A DNA stretch of 64,000 nucleotides, taken from assembly GCA_045837725.1 (NCBI GenBank), contig JBEWZL010000077.1:434001-498000 (forward strand), in the 5' to 3' direction. The notes beneath the pieces were generated by a model, which was given only the letters and a program-made list of their open reading frames with translations, was not told the origin of the DNA and searched no databases. Positions 26,129-40,870 of this stretch are shown here, in pieces; within the stretch, counting starts at the first letter, position 1; each line of letters starts with the position of its first letter. The DNA is from Vermamoeba vermiformis (lineage: Eukaryota). A program made the translations under genes and the position numbers.

Positions 26129-29100
26129 TTAATCATCCTCAGCAACAATCAACGACTCGCGATCCTTCTTTGAAGCCTTGCTACTGGCTCGCGAAAGTTT
26201 GCCGCTCTTAGCACCACCTTCTTCAGTCAACAATTTGTCCAAGAGTTCGTTCATGGCAGCACCAGTGTCAGCCTCTTCGAATTCATTGAACGCCTTGCGC
26301 AATCTCTTTTCGCTTCGTGCGATGTGTTGTTGCATGTAGCCCAAGGCGTTGGTTTTGACGTTTTCGGGCACTTCGAGTTCCATATGCATGTGAGCGGTGT
26401 GCACTCTTTCAGGGTCCTATAATCAAATACATTAACACCTATTATTATACCAATCATACATTTTCTTAAGGCCCTCGAGTAGAATATAAATATGATAAGG
26501 CCGCATATTTTGATGATATCCTAGTATGGAAAAGTACGTACCAAGAGTGAGGTATAGAAGTTTTTGATCTTGGGAATGTTGCGGTCAACAAAGTCAGCAA
26601 CTTTCTCCATGTATTGTTCCTTAGTATTGACTGAGGCCATGTTAGCCAAGTTCTGCAACACTTTAGCGATCAAGACCAATTGTCTTTGCACGACTTCGTT
26701 GGGGTTTTGTTGCAACAGGCCGTAGTATTGAGGAGCAGTAATAGCCGGGCAAATGAATCGCAAGAACAAGAAGCCTCCGACTGCCTTGTAGACGGCGTCT
26801 TCTGAACCAAATCGCATCTTGATGGCCGATTCCATGCGCACGAAAAGATCACGGAATTCCCTGAAAAATACGTTAGCCTATTTGATCTGCTAATTTTTGG
26901 CAAGTTTCATGGTACTTACGAAGGCACGTTTTGTTCGTTCTTGATAATAGCACTCAAAATCTTTTGACAGGCAAGAGCAAGTTGAATAGCGTTAGATTCA
27001 GTATCAGCATCGGGGTTGCTCAACTTGTTCGGATCGAGCTCCATTTCAATGTTCAACAAACTAGCGCCGTTTTCAGGGTCTTCGGCGACAGGCGCATCTC
27101 CGTCAACATTGGCTCCGGGACGAGAGAAAGTCGAAAGTTCGTTGATGACGGTGGCCAAAGTAAAGTACAAGTACTTAGTACCAACCATTTTAGAGTAGAA
27201 TCTAATAATAGCTATGATTAGTAACAGCTTTCTATTGTTAAAAAAGAGTAGGTGTCACGTACTTGAACATTTTGCTGGCCATAGAGTTCTGACGGAAAAT
27301 TGTGTTTTCACTGCCAGAGTTGATAATTTCAGTCTGACAGAAGTACTGCAACACTTCGGATGAAATGCCACGTGATTGGGCCAAGAAGATGACAGCACGT
27401 GCTACAGCGTCTTGTTCCGTGGGATTGGTGATATCGAACAAAGTCGACAAGAACGTACGGTCTTTGTTGAGCAAGATATCCTCCAACAATCTACAAAAAC
27501 ATTCATTAGATCTGTTAATATCAAGATAGAGGCGTATATTACGTACTTGTTATAATCTCCGTCTTTGAATTGTTCTTTGGAGTCGGTCTTAAAGGCGACT
27601 TCAACGTAGTCAGGCTCAACGACCGTGACAACAACACCTTGTCTTCTTCTTCTGCGACGAATGAAGAAGATTGTCAAGAAGACCGCACCACCTGCAATGA
27701 CGGCAGCGGCAATGACAACACCAGCAATGAGACCAGGGTTCGTTGCGGCAATGACGCTCGGGTCTGAGCATTCACCAGAACCCCAGCTGTCAGCGGCACA
27801 TTGATCGGCTGACGAGCACTTGTTGTCAGAGAAACACCAGTTACACAAGTTCTTCTGTTGACATCTGTTACAATCCCTCTCGAGACTGCAATCTGTAGGC
27901 GAATAATTAGGCATTGGTATTATATAAACTGATTGAGTTGGATCGTACCGAGATACTGGAAGTCGATGGGACCAGCAAGAATAGTGCCGCGATAGATAAT
28001 TGTCAGCGGAACAATGCCATCAACAGCTACTGAAGGAGGTGTGCAAGTGATGCTGCTGTTTGATCCCGTAAGAGCATAAGCAGGAACGCTAGCGGTACCG
28101 AATTGGCAGTAGAACGGCGAGTCAATCGTTGATTGCAGTACACTACGACGAGACTGGGTCGTGTTAGGTTGCAACTTGTCCAAGATCTCCAAGGGTCTGT
28201 TGAAGGACACTGTGATCGGCTCAGTGCCGTTCAGAGTGACAAAGGTGGGCGTGACACTGAGAGACAAGCACGAGTCCAAGAAGATGCCTTTTGAGCTGCA
28301 TCGGGCCTCACCAACACACGTCTGATCACCGACGCACCAACCGCAGCCAGTTTGAGACATGCAAGAGTCACCGCATTGCGAGATCGACGTAGGATTGCAA
28401 CCGAAGAACGAAAAGTTAAGACTTCTTCCCGTGTAGTCTGCGTTGTTGAGCAAGACACGGAGCTCAACTGTGCCAACGGTGTTGCGCGTGCTGTTGGGAG
28501 TGTAGCACTGCACAAAAGTGTCTTCTACGGTGACGACAGGCTGGTGAATATCGCCGAAAGCGCAAGACAAGAATGCAATGTTGTTTTGGAAGAAAGGACC
28601 GCCATAGATAGTCACCAAATCGCCACCTTCAATTTCACCTCCTGTAGGACGAGAACGCTCCAAAACTAAAATAAGACATTAGTTATGTGAGCAGGAGTTA
28701 GGTTAGGTCCCTCTATTTACCTGGACAGCTAGTAAGGGCAGGGAAACCTGTTGGGTTGCAATCAAGTGCGCAAGATCTAGCGCACCAGCCGCATCTAGGC
28801 TTTTCAGCAGTGAGGCACGTGTCGCAAGTAGATGAATCAGTGCATTCTTAACGAGTGGTTAGTAATCACAAACTGATTTGATATAGTGAGAACGACTTAC
28901 TGTAGTAGTAGAAAGGAACAGGATTGGTGTAGGCAGATCCGAAGACTTGGATTAAGACTGAACCTGTGCCAGTGGTCGGTGATGCCGGTGAAATACAGAA
29001 GACGTTGCTACGAGCAATGTCAACGAATGTAGCTTGTGTCACGACAACATTATTATCTGAAAAATCGTTAGTTTTCGGATCTAAGTTAGTCGGTCAGATC

Positions 29101-32100
29101 TTACTTGGCAGAGTGAAAGAGCATGTGACGTCGGATATTTGAAGGCTGTTGAATGAAGTTAAGCTGAGCGGACCATTCAAAGCAACGTTTTGGCCGCCAG
29201 AAACTTCATCACGGTTCGGCGAGGCAGTCAACAAAACTGGGTTACTCGCGTCAGTACACGGATCCAAAATTCAAGTTTTATCACTTACTAGGGCAACTCT
29301 CGACTTGAGCAATAGCTGCTGAGCATGTACTAGTATAGAGCTTGCAGCCAATGCCATTGGCTTCAGAGCTGCACCAGCGGCACTTGGGTCTCAAGACGTC
29401 ATCAACGCACGTGTTGCAAGAAGCACCCGTGCAATCTGAAGCACGAAGAATATTTAGCCTATCGATACATAACTCGTCATTATATTGAAGCCGTACCATA
29501 AATCACGTAGCTGATATCTGGGGTCAGTCTGACTGTGTTGTCTTTCCAAACACTCAACTATAAGCAAAAGTTAGTTCAGTGAAACACAAATGTAGCTAAG
29601 TAAGAACTTACTGAGTGAGTACCGAGTGTCAAAGTCGTTGGAAGGGCACATGTAACGTTCTTAGTACCGCTGTTGTACGTCGCGGTAGTAACTTCAGATG
29701 CGGTGGACAAACCGGTCGCGTCCCACGCGCAAACTAAGCTCGCGAACTGCGCACCAGCAATCAAGAAATCTCCTGATAAAGTGACAGTAGGACCGCTAGC
29801 AACATCGTCTATGTGCGTTGAAGGAGGATAGACCGCAGTAACGACTAAAAATAGCATGGATTAGCGGATGCGAGTAGTTTTGGCGCGGATCTTTAAACTT
29901 ACCAGGGCAAACGGTTAACGCAGTGCAAGTCGTAGTGTTTTTGTAATTGCAAGCGCTATTTTGGGCGCTGGAACAGAAGACGCATTCGGGTCTAGTCGCT
30001 TCGTTACAAGCCACGCAGTATTGGTTTACCGTTGCGCAATCTAATGAATGGAATTTTCTTAACTAGGCAACAAAAAATAAACATTGAATGCAGATCCGGA
30101 ATTACCATAAAACATGAACGTTGTGTTGGTCGTAGCATAAGGAGCTCCGCTGTAGTAAAGAGTAACGGGTACATTCTTATCAACGGCTCCGTTTCTTTCC
30201 GTATCAAACGTAGTCTTGTCCATTTGAGGAGATAAGCACGAGACTTGGTTGGGCGGAGTAATTGTTGCTATAAATAGATGCGTTAATTAGGCCTAATTTA
30301 ACGTGGAAAGTTACGAAATTACGTACCTGGAACTCGTCCAATAGTAGTCAAGTTAAAATCGCATTCAATTGACTCGCTGCCAGTCAGATCTGGTTGAACG
30401 TTGAACGTTACACGAGAGCCTATCGATTAAACGTCATTAATAATTATACTTTTGTCAGATTGAAGCCTTTAGACACTTACTGGTGCGAATAGATGAGCTG
30501 GCAGGTGAAAATGAATTGACCGCTAATAAAGGAATAATTAATCAATAGTTTGATGAATATACGCTTATACGTACCAGGGCAAGTTCTCAAAAGCGAGTCC
30601 GTGCAATTAACAGCAAATCTGCATCCACCAACTGACGGGCACCATCCGCAACTTGGATGTAAGGACAAACAAGATCCGCAATCCAAATTGTTATTGCAAT
30701 CTACGGATCGAGCTGTTAGTTCGCCACTTATAAAATAATAAATATTATGCTAATCATACTTATCACTTGAACAGAGGCTGTCGTATCAAAAGGCAAAAGA
30801 GCATCAACATTGTACAATCCGGCAGTCCAAGTTTTAACGGCCGGCGATAATCCCGCTAAAAAAAAGGTTAATAAAATGGTATTTGGAATATATGATAATA
30901 GTTTCTTACAAAAGCCATTCGTTGGAAGGTCGCAAACAAGTTGAAACGGAGACAATGAAAGAACGTTCGAGAATCGTGTACCGTCACCAGTCCATCTGCA
31001 GAGAGCGCTCAATCGATCAATTCCAGGAACAGGATAACTGCCGTTGAATGTAAGGTAATTTCCTCCCACCATCGCCGTACGATTTAACGAAGGCTGATAA
31101 TCGATGGGGTTTGGTCGGATTTCGGCAGAAGCTGAAAAAAAATATTAACAAAAATGTCGCTTAGTGGTCGCTAATATTCTTACCAATGCACTGTCTGATA
31201 TCGTGTTCACCAGCACCTTTCCAATCAGGACAAAAAATACTGTCGAAGCGAGTTTTGCATTTGAGCGAGGACCAGCAATAGCCGCTACAAATATTATTTT
31301 AATAATTTTATATAGTAATAATAATATAAAGAGAGTACTAACCAGTATTCTGGATCCAATTGCGTGCATTGTGCGCAAGAATAAAAAACATTATTGACCT
31401 CAGTACTGCATCCTAGTCATGATAAAGTTATTAAGAAATGATACTAACATAGCATATTAAGCTTAATACGTACTGGTATGAGTTACGATGACCAAATTGA
31501 CAGAGGCTTGCGTACGACTTGCGCCAACGAGATAAGCGTCGGTATTCGGAATGGCGTAAAGCGCTCTAATTTCAGGATAGATCAGGACAGCGGGAGAGAC
31601 GGAAAGATATTGAACTGAGCTGAATGGCTGGAGATTTCGCAGATTGACTCGAACGACCATTGCGCGGTCTGTGGCTTGAGCTGTGTCATAGAAAGTTGCG
31701 GCCCAAAAAGAAACATCGTGGCCGTAATCTAATGAGATAATTAATTAATAAGATAACTTAGATGTATAATAATGCAATTAAGGGGTACCTATTGACGCAG
31801 CAGTGAGTTTTGTACGAGGAATGAAGGAAAAGCGAGTGAATACGAAATCAGCCGGAGAAATCTCGAAAATGAGACCAATGTCTGTGCCCATAAGAACTCT
31901 AGCGCGAGTAGGATCAAAGGCAGAGCACGTGACCTAGCAATATTATGTTATATATAAAGAACAATAAAATAATTATTATCGAAAACGCACTTGACCGAAA
32001 CCAATAGTTTTGCTTTCAAAGAAAGAGGTGATTAAGCGAGTGTTGCTCGTTGGTGTCTTCCAAATACTTCCTCCAGCTCCTCCCATTAAGATCTATAGAG

Positions 32101-32982
32101 AAATACTGTTATTGACCTTTCTTTTGGATTTAGAAATGGATCGAGAACAAAAATGTTTACCAGATCGTGAGTACTATCCAAGACAATTGTTCCGATACCA
32201 CTAGCACCAAACTCAGTATTAATTGCTTGAGGAGATGCGGCACCGAAGATATCTCCTATCACAAAAGCACCTGCATCCAACGCTGCCCAAAGGTTTCCTT
32301 TGTTGTCATAAACGCATTTCTATTTTTGTTTTAGAAAAATGAACGGTTCATTTAAACTTAATGCTGAACTTACGACAATAGCAGACGAAAGGGACACTTG
32401 AAGCGAAACTGCGGTTATTTGGACGGGTGCAGCGCCAAATGCGTCAAAGATGGCTACCGACGTTGAAGTACAATAAAAACCTTCAAATATTTAGTCAATT
32501 TATTATTGTTATTCATATAGCTTGATTACTTACCACGGCCACTTGTGGAATCCACATACAAGGAAACAATTTCGTCCGCGTTTACCGAACCAATTGTTTC
32601 TATATTGCTTTGGACTTCTGTTCCAGACTTGTAAGTGTCTTGATAAACCTGCATAATGAAATAAATAATTGAGGCTATAATTAACTGCAGATGTGCGCGT
32701 ACTCTTATCAACGTTGTTCCTCCCCAAAAGCTGTATATAGTGCCATTAGATAATTCTATATAAGTAACATCATTCATTGTTTGCGAAGCCAAAGAGACAG
32801 TTGAGCCAGAACCAGTCCGTGCCTAAAAAAAATTAATATTTAGTCCTGGATCTGATTCTTGCGTTGTATTTAATCTATCTTACTAATCCAAATGGTTGTA
32901 TAATAGGATAATCTTGTCCAATTGCAAATTGCAAAAGTAAGCTAATAAAAGTAACGATCGCGAGATGCGACTTCGTGACCAT
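26129..32982 (-). CDS. Plexin-architecture receptor A: signal peptide, probable beta-propeller, ~7 PSI, ~6 IPT/TIG, TM, RasGAP
   Basis: Signal peptide MVTKSHLAIVTFISLLLQFAIG; PSI-like CxxC...CGWC...C modules alternate with IPT-like modules (GGDLVTIYGGPF...CAFG...CYTP). TM GLIAGVVIAAAVIAGGAVFLTIFFI followed by RRRRRR. RasGAP motifs TIFRQNS, MELDP, GFLFLRFICPAI, AKVLQNLAN. Confidence 0.9.
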
Positions 32983-33304
32983 CCTCGGACCTTGATTCGT
33001 TAGCAATTATAATAATAAATACTAATATCAAGCGGGACCCCTGGTCTTATAAATAAACGCGTTGAAGATTATGATTTAATCAAATCTTTTTTCTAGACAA
33101 ACTGACATCCTGTCACCGTCCCATCACGCGTCAAAATAAATACTTTCTCGAGTCCGCAAATAAATTTAAAAGATTCTCTGTAAGTGCAACAAGAGTTGAT
33201 TAGGTGGTCGATAATTTTGCTCGTTGATTCATCGAATCCGATATCGTCCAAACCGATCCACGAAACACTCTTGTCCCAACTGCGGATTTGACATATTTAT
33301 CAAA

Positions 33305-36300
33305 ATGAAGTATTCACAGTGTATTTTTATCGCACTATGTTGTGCATCATTATGTTATTTGGCGCAAAGTCAAGATATTGGATTACCAACGGCAGGGATG
33401 AGAGTAAGTGATTTTAATCGAATCTTTGCCACCATATCGTGCACGAATATCACGTCGATGAATTAAAATTATTTGATTCATATTATTCATAATTTCACTT
33501 GCAACAAAACAAAACAAATTGGATCTATAAATAACTCCCTTTACAGTTATCACCCAAAAATTATTTGCACATACCCTTTATCTCCAAGTAATGCCTTATC
33601 GCTAATTGCACGTGTTATTAGGTCTCAAGCTATCCCACATTCCAAGGCGCCAAATCTATCAAATCCGTTCTGTCCTTCTCATTCTCAAACGGCACTCGTT
33701 TCTTCCTTTGGGGTGGCAATAAATTACATATGGTAAGCACCATGCAAATAGCATACATTTCTGTGTTGTGTACGCCAACGGTACACGCGCACATTCAAGA
33801 GCCGCAAAATTTTTATTATGTAGCCACCTCTGAATCGTAAACACCGATGGATTACATATACTCATATAATACTATAGAGCAAAGATACTCCCGATGCCGT
33901 TCCTACGGATTTATGGACCGCTCCATCTTCGTCAGACTTCATCCAGAGCATTAACTACGACGACAAACGAAGTTCAGGTAAATAACCAATTTAATTAAAT
34001 TATACAATATTATTCAAGTCGATTCGTGAGCTAGAAACACTTGGAGTAAGTTCTAACGGATTTGTTTTTTGAAATCTAGTTCTCTTCTGCACCAATGAGC
34101 GCACCTTGTGGACTTATAGCTGGCCCAACGGTCCTGCAACTCAAATTGCTTTCGACCCTGCCACTCAAACGGATCCTTTATTAGTAAGTCTCGCGCGCAG
34201 ATTCGTTCTTCAGGATCCAGTTCTGAGGCTGACTTTGTTCTAGGGATGCATCTATGATTCAACGAGAGATAATTTGTGGTTCATTGCAGGAGGAATTGCT
34301 GTTTCCAAATCGCCAGTTACGAGCAGTAAGTTGGATTCGGGATCGAGCCGTTTCGGCATTATTCGTGCCATAAGGCTTGTTTTAATAAGCATCTTCACAT
34401 AGGCGCAGGCAACACAACGGCGTTCACTACCTCTTTACCATTGAGCGGTGTCTCTTCGATTGTTCTTGACTCGCAGAATGGCAATGTATTGTGGACCTAC
34501 GGCACGGCTCAAGTTCAAATGACGCCGCTTAGCAACGCAAACTTGGACCCCTCTTTCATCTCCTCGCAGTCGTTGGGCATTGGTAACGTAAGTAACAACC
34601 ATGAGACTCGCATGCCATCGTAGAGGAGCATTTTTTGAAAGATCTGAACCAACTTTCCTTCTCGCTTAATTGTGCTCCTATACATAACTAAGCACGCTCA
34701 GAGGCCACTCTTATTAATATGGTTCTTTTATGTACAGATCTTGTCGAGCGCTTACGATCCGGTTCAACAAGTCGTCTATTTGGGAACTGACTTGGGTATT
34801 GGTATTGAAGTATTAACCGTACCGTCATTGGCATTCTCTAGATACTTCATTTTGCCCAATATGCAATACTCATCAATCACCACTGGTATGACTCACATTA
34901 TTCTTTTTTGTGGCTTCTAGAAGATTTAATTAGTTTGCTAATGCTACTTTATAGACCCCTCGCACGGAACCTCATTTTGGGCAGGCTACCAAAACACTTC
35001 CAATACTCAATTCGTTGTTAGAGTTAACGCGGATCGCTTCTCGCCTTTTTCTGCGGTTTCAGTCACTGGCACTGATAGACTTGGTCCTGCAGCTATTGTT
35101 AACAACTTGAACTCATTGTGGACACCTTTCTTCTCACCATCCAGCGCACTTTTCGCCAAAATTCAACTCACAGGTAAGTTCCGGATGCAGCAACAAAGCT
35201 GAATTTTTCCTAAACTTACGCTTTATATTTAGATTGCGGCCTTTACGTCTGCCAACAATGCCTTACAAATGACCCTCAATATTGCGGTGTTTGTTCATCA
35301 GGTCAAGTTTGCACGCTCTCATCTGCTTGTTCAGCCACCTGGCAAACTTCAGGCACGATCAGTTGTCCCGTTGCTGGTGCAGTTGTTCCGCGATCGGGCG
35401 GTACAGAAGGCGGTGATCTTATAACTATTACTGGCCAATTCTTGGACAACAACGAGCTTCTGGATGCGTCTCAAACCACGTGCACTTTTGGATCCGCTGA
35501 TCCCGTTACTGCCTCAACAGTTGCAGCTACTTTTATCCAATGCCGCTCTCCTGGTTCAACCGGTACGTAATACATTACGAAGCATTAATCAAGACGTTGC
35601 TAATAGCCAAAACTAGTCGCGGGCCAGGTCAATCTACAAGTGCGTTACAAAGGCAACAACTGGGGTTCTGCATTGAACTTCACTTATATCAGTAAGCGAC
35701 CATTAACTACGTACTATTTGAACATATTAACTAATCATTTAAAGAATGCGGTGACTTCAGCGGATGCGACGTTTGCACGCGCAATCTAGGTTGCGGTTGG
35801 TGCATGGCTAGCGGTCAATGTACTTCCTCTTCAGCGTGCAACCCCTTGTCCACATGGAGCACTGTCTGTCCTGCTATTTTGGGCATTGCTCCTGCTCAAT
35901 CTTCCATTCGTGGCAGTAAGTTTCTTAAAGTTTCAAGAACTGGCCTACGCGGAGTTTCTTATCGAATTTTGTTTTTGCAGACGTTGTCGTTCAACTTGAC
36001 GTTGTTCCGCAATTGACCAACGAAATGCAATACAGCTGCGACTTTGGATTTGGATCTGGCGCTGTTGTGCCTGCTACTTTGGTGTCTTCATCCAAGCTCT
36101 CGTGCTCGACGCCAACAATCAACTCAGCAACTTGGACAGCTATGCAAGGCAACACTAGCGCTGTGACATTAGGCGCGTACTTGACCTCCGTGTCTCTGCT
36201 TCAAGGTGGCAAATACATCACGTCCTCAGCCCCTCAAACCTTTGCCATTTATGGTAAGCTACTCGACCTCATTTTTAAAGCTTTGAACTTACCTTTCATT

Positions 36301-39300
36301 GGTAGATTGTCCCACTCAATCCAAGCACTGTGATGGATGCGGCGGTGTCGCTGGCTTCACTTTCTCCGAGTGCAAGTTCTGCTATGACTCGGCTGTCACT
36401 CAGTGTCAGTACTCCGATGGAAGTTGCACGGACTCGTCAGGCACTTGTCCCAACATTGCCTCATTGACCCCACCCAGCATGCTACAAGGAGACTCGAGTG
36501 TTACATCAGTGGCACTTAGTGGCTTGTTCTCGTTCACTGGATCTACTCCCATCACCAATCTTGTCTGCATGTGGGACGTAGAGAATACGGCTACCGCGGC
36601 CAATGCTCAAACTGCCTCGGGCATCACAGATACTTCTATCACCTGTCCTGTCCCTGCTTCGTTGCCTCTTGGCACCCATACTGTAATCCCATAATAGATG
36701 CTCTAATTGTCGCTTACTAACATTGGTACAGGTGAGTGTTTGGCGCGATGAAGGAAGTGGATCTTACTCTCGTATTACTTCGAACTCTGACTTCCTCGTC
36801 TACGGTAAGTGTTTCTATTGATAATATACTACATGGTGTCTCACATACTCCTAGATTGCTCTGCTACTGGTCCTTGTTCCTCGTGCGTGTCAGATCTCAA
36901 GCCCAAATGTTACTGGTGCAGCGCTAGCGGACAGTTATCGTGCAAACCAATCGCGGATTCATCGTGCTCGGCTAGTGCTATTACTAACAGCACTCAGTGT
37001 CCAGGTAAGTTCCGAGTTAATTAATTTTGGCGGGATTATTCCCACATCAAATCTTTTAGATTCTAGTACAAAAGTGTCAAAATTAACTTTAATTCGTCAT
37101 TAACGTCAAATCCAATCAATCTAACGCTTTTTTTCAGTCTTGACAAGTGTGACACCGGATGCTGAAGAAGTCGCCGGAGGATCTGCGCTTACTTTAAGCG
37201 GATCTAACATGAAATTGCTATCTTATTCCAATATCAAGTGCCAGTTCACCAATGACGTCGATAATTCAGTTCAATTAGTGGCGGCATCTCCTCCTGTGAA
37301 CGACAACCTTTTGCGCTGCAATGCTCCTAGCGTTAGTACTGCAGCTAACTACCACATAGACATCTTAGTTGGTACTGTGACTCACACGAATAAGATTCCT
37401 TTCATTTATTACCGTAAGTTTACTTCCACCCAGATCGAGCACGATCCGTTACAAATCTTAACTGAGCCTTATAATTCATGCCTTACAATTGATTCGCATT
37501 TTCGTTGTTATTGCGTCGTTGGAAGCTATTTTTAACTCATTTTCTATTCTAGAATGTTCTGCTGAACCTAGCTGCGCGAACTGTCTTGTTGCTCGTAACA
37601 CTCGCTGCAAATGGTGCCTTGGCTCGTGCGCGACACAATGTGCCGTGCCTACTCCTGTCACATGCCCAAGTAAGATTCAAGACTTAATTTTTCTAGCATT
37701 ACTAACGAGTTTTCTAGAAATCAACATTACGGATCCAGTCGAGTCGTACAACAAGGGCGGTCAAACCATACGTGTATATGGTGGACCGTTCGTGAGCTCA
37801 ACAAGCTTGACCTACACGTGCAACTTTGGTGGTGAATTGGGCGTTGTCACTAGTGTTTCTGACGCGCACCTTGAATGCTTGACACCGACACGTGGTGGCT
37901 TTGCTTCGTTCGAGGGTAATGTGGACTTGACTATTCTCGCCAACGGTGCGCCGTACACTGAGGACCCGTACCCCTTCAACTTCTTTGGCTGTCCTATCTT
38001 GCCTTCCGCTACTGCTTGCGGCTCTCAATGCACAGCTCGTTCTGGATGCGGCTGGTGTGTCTCGCAGTCAACGTGCACAGTCGACTTTATGTGCAACACC
38101 GAACAAGACTTCTTCATTGACAAGTGCTACAGTACGTATTAGCTTATAAGAAACCGATCCGGATCTAACTTTTTTGCCAGATGTCACTGTGACACCTAAC
38201 GTCATTCGTGCTGGCTCGAACCAAACTATCACCGTGCAGTTCAATCAGCCCTTGCCTTTCACATTCACATCTGATCCTTTCTTCGGCACGACGACCGGCA
38301 AACGCTCGATCTTGGCTAGTACTTCTACAAACCCGACGATTTCTTGCCGATTTGGCAGTGCTAGTGTTGCTGCTGTCCCGAACTTGAGCAACAACCCCGA
38401 TTCATTCACGTGTCAGTCCCCTGTCATTCTTCAAGAGGGTAACTTGCCGTTCACTGTGCTCTGGAACGGTAATCCGCTCGTCGAATCGGTCGACTTCCAA
38501 ATCACAAGTACGTATCACTTTTGACGCTACAAAGGCCGCGTATTAATCTTATTCGTTTAGACTGCGGTGGCTACAACACTGATTGCTCGCAATGTATCCA
38601 ACATCCTTACTGCAACTGGTGCTTCGAGAGCAACACGTGCTCAGAGGCAGACATTTGCGCAGCTGACAAATGGGGAGGAGCTCAATGTCCTTCAGTCATC
38701 GAAACTAATCCTCAAGCACGTGCTGGCCTCATTGCTGGTGTCGTGATTGGTGGTGTTGTGATCATTGGTGGTGTCGTCTTTTTGATCTTGTTCCTTCGTT
38801 ACCGCAAAAAGAAGCAACAGGGTCTTGTCGTCGACTTCAAAGAGCCCGATTACACCGAGGTTGCTTTCAAGAACGAAGTCACCCTGCAGTACAAGATTAC
38901 TGCTAAGGACGACTATGAGTATGTACCTAAGAGTTGTTAAATTTTTCACGTGATCCGGATCTGACTTTTGTACAGGGAGTTGGAGAACATCTTGATGAAC
39001 CGTGACCGTACCTTCCTCAAGGCTGTAGCTGCGGTGACAAGCGCTACTGAAGATGATGCTGTAAGTACAAGATACTGTTCATAGAGCCATGAGCTAACCT
39101 CGTGAAACATAGGTCTCGCGTTCTTTGACTTTCATCGCTCACAAGCGCAAGGTGGCCTCAGACATGATTCAATACTTCGCCTCCGATGAGGTTATGAAAG
39201 CTAGTAAGTAGTCTCAGTTATAATTGTCCTACTGCACACGACGCTAACTTCATTTTAGAATCCGAAAACACAATTTTCAGACAGGACAGTTTGTCCAGTA

Positions 39301-40600
39301 AGATGTTCAAGTACGTAGTAGTCACTTTCTTATACGTCAATGACTAGTATACTAACGCGTCACTCGTTCAGGTACTACTCCAAGATTGTTGGTACTCGTT
39401 ACTTGTTCTTCATGTTGGCGCGTGTCATCAACGAGTTGAACGAGTTGGCTGAAACTGCCGCAGCGGCCGAGAACAAAGAGAGTAAGTTCAATTAATTAAG
39501 CTCGAGTAGACTTATTAAGATATTAATTTTTGTTTAATAGACTTGCATGGTAGCAGCGCTAATTTGTTGTCAATGTCCGGCACCACTACGGATCCGATGT
39601 CACAAGGTACCAACGATTTGACTGCTAGTGAAGGTGGAAGCAAGAGAAAATCAACCAAGAAGAAGAGTGTCATTGTGTACGAAGGTACCGAGATTAATCG
39701 TGCCTCTGCTAGTTTGTTGAACTTCGATATGGAGGTAAGATCCAGATCTGTTTGACACGTGTCACTTTTTCCAAGTATTAATATTTTATTGTTTAGTTGG
39801 ACCCTGTCTTGCTCGAGAACAAGGAAGTCGATACTGAAGCAAACGTCTATCAGTTAGAATTGGCCTGTCAAAAGATTCTCACCGTGATCATTAACAACGA
39901 GAACAAAGTGCCTCGGTAAGTCATTTTTGAATGTCTATTGCAATAGTACAATGTATTAATATCGTTCTATCCATAGTGAGTTCCGCGAGATCTTTGTGCG
40001 TATTGAGAATGCGATCAAGTTGAAGTTTGGTAACGAGACCGCGGCTTACAAGGCAGTCGGAGGCTTCTTGTTCTTGCGATTCATTTGCCCGGCTATTACT
40101 GTGCCTCAATACTACGGCCTTATTTCTGAAATTCCTAACAAGAAGTGTCAACGTCAATTGATCTTGATCGCTAAAGTGCTGCAGAACATGGCTAACTTGG
40201 CGACTATGTCACACAAAGAGACGTTCATGAAAGACCTCGAGGGATTCATGACGAAGAACCAGCCCAAGTTCGTTGACCTTTACCAGAACTTACTCGTACG
40301 TGCATAATTATAGTGTCTTATGTGATTGTGATTAGTACTAACCTGTTTTGGTTCAAACAGAACCCCGAAAAATTGCCCGACGCCCGTGCTAGACTTTCGA
40401 TTGAAGTGCCCGAAAATGCACGATTGAACTCACTCGCGTACATGCACCAGCACATCCACCGCAGCGAAAAGAAGTTGCGCACGTACTTTGAGCACTTGGC
40501 TGAACAAGACGCTGACAAGGCGAGAGAGATGAATAAGTTGCTCGATGAGATTATGCAAAACTACGGAGAGCCGCCAAAGAAGAAGAGCGACGAGAAATAA
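33305..40600 (+). CDS. Plexin-architecture receptor B, paralog of A
   Basis: Signal peptide MKYSQCIFIALCCASLCYLAQS; same PSI/IPT order as A. TM GLIAGVVIGGVVIIGGVVFLILFL. RasGAP motifs TIFRQDS, MELDP, GFLFLRFICPAI, AKVLQNMAN. Confidence 0.9.
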
Positions 40601-40870
40601 GATTTTTATGATTGTATTATAGCAAACTTTATCTGTTCCTTTAATGAACTATTTTGTCAAAAAGCTAGCACGAGTACTGTAGTCTCGAGAACTAATTTAA
40701 CAGGGCAAATTCGAAGAAAACCGATTACATTTAAAATCGCTCAACAGCACGTCATGTGCCACTACCCTGCTAGTTAATCTTCAATATAAATAATTTTTTT
40801 AGTATCAATTACGATTTTAAAGCTTGAAGACATGCTGTTTGCCTTGTGTTGGTGTCAGCAAACCTTAACT

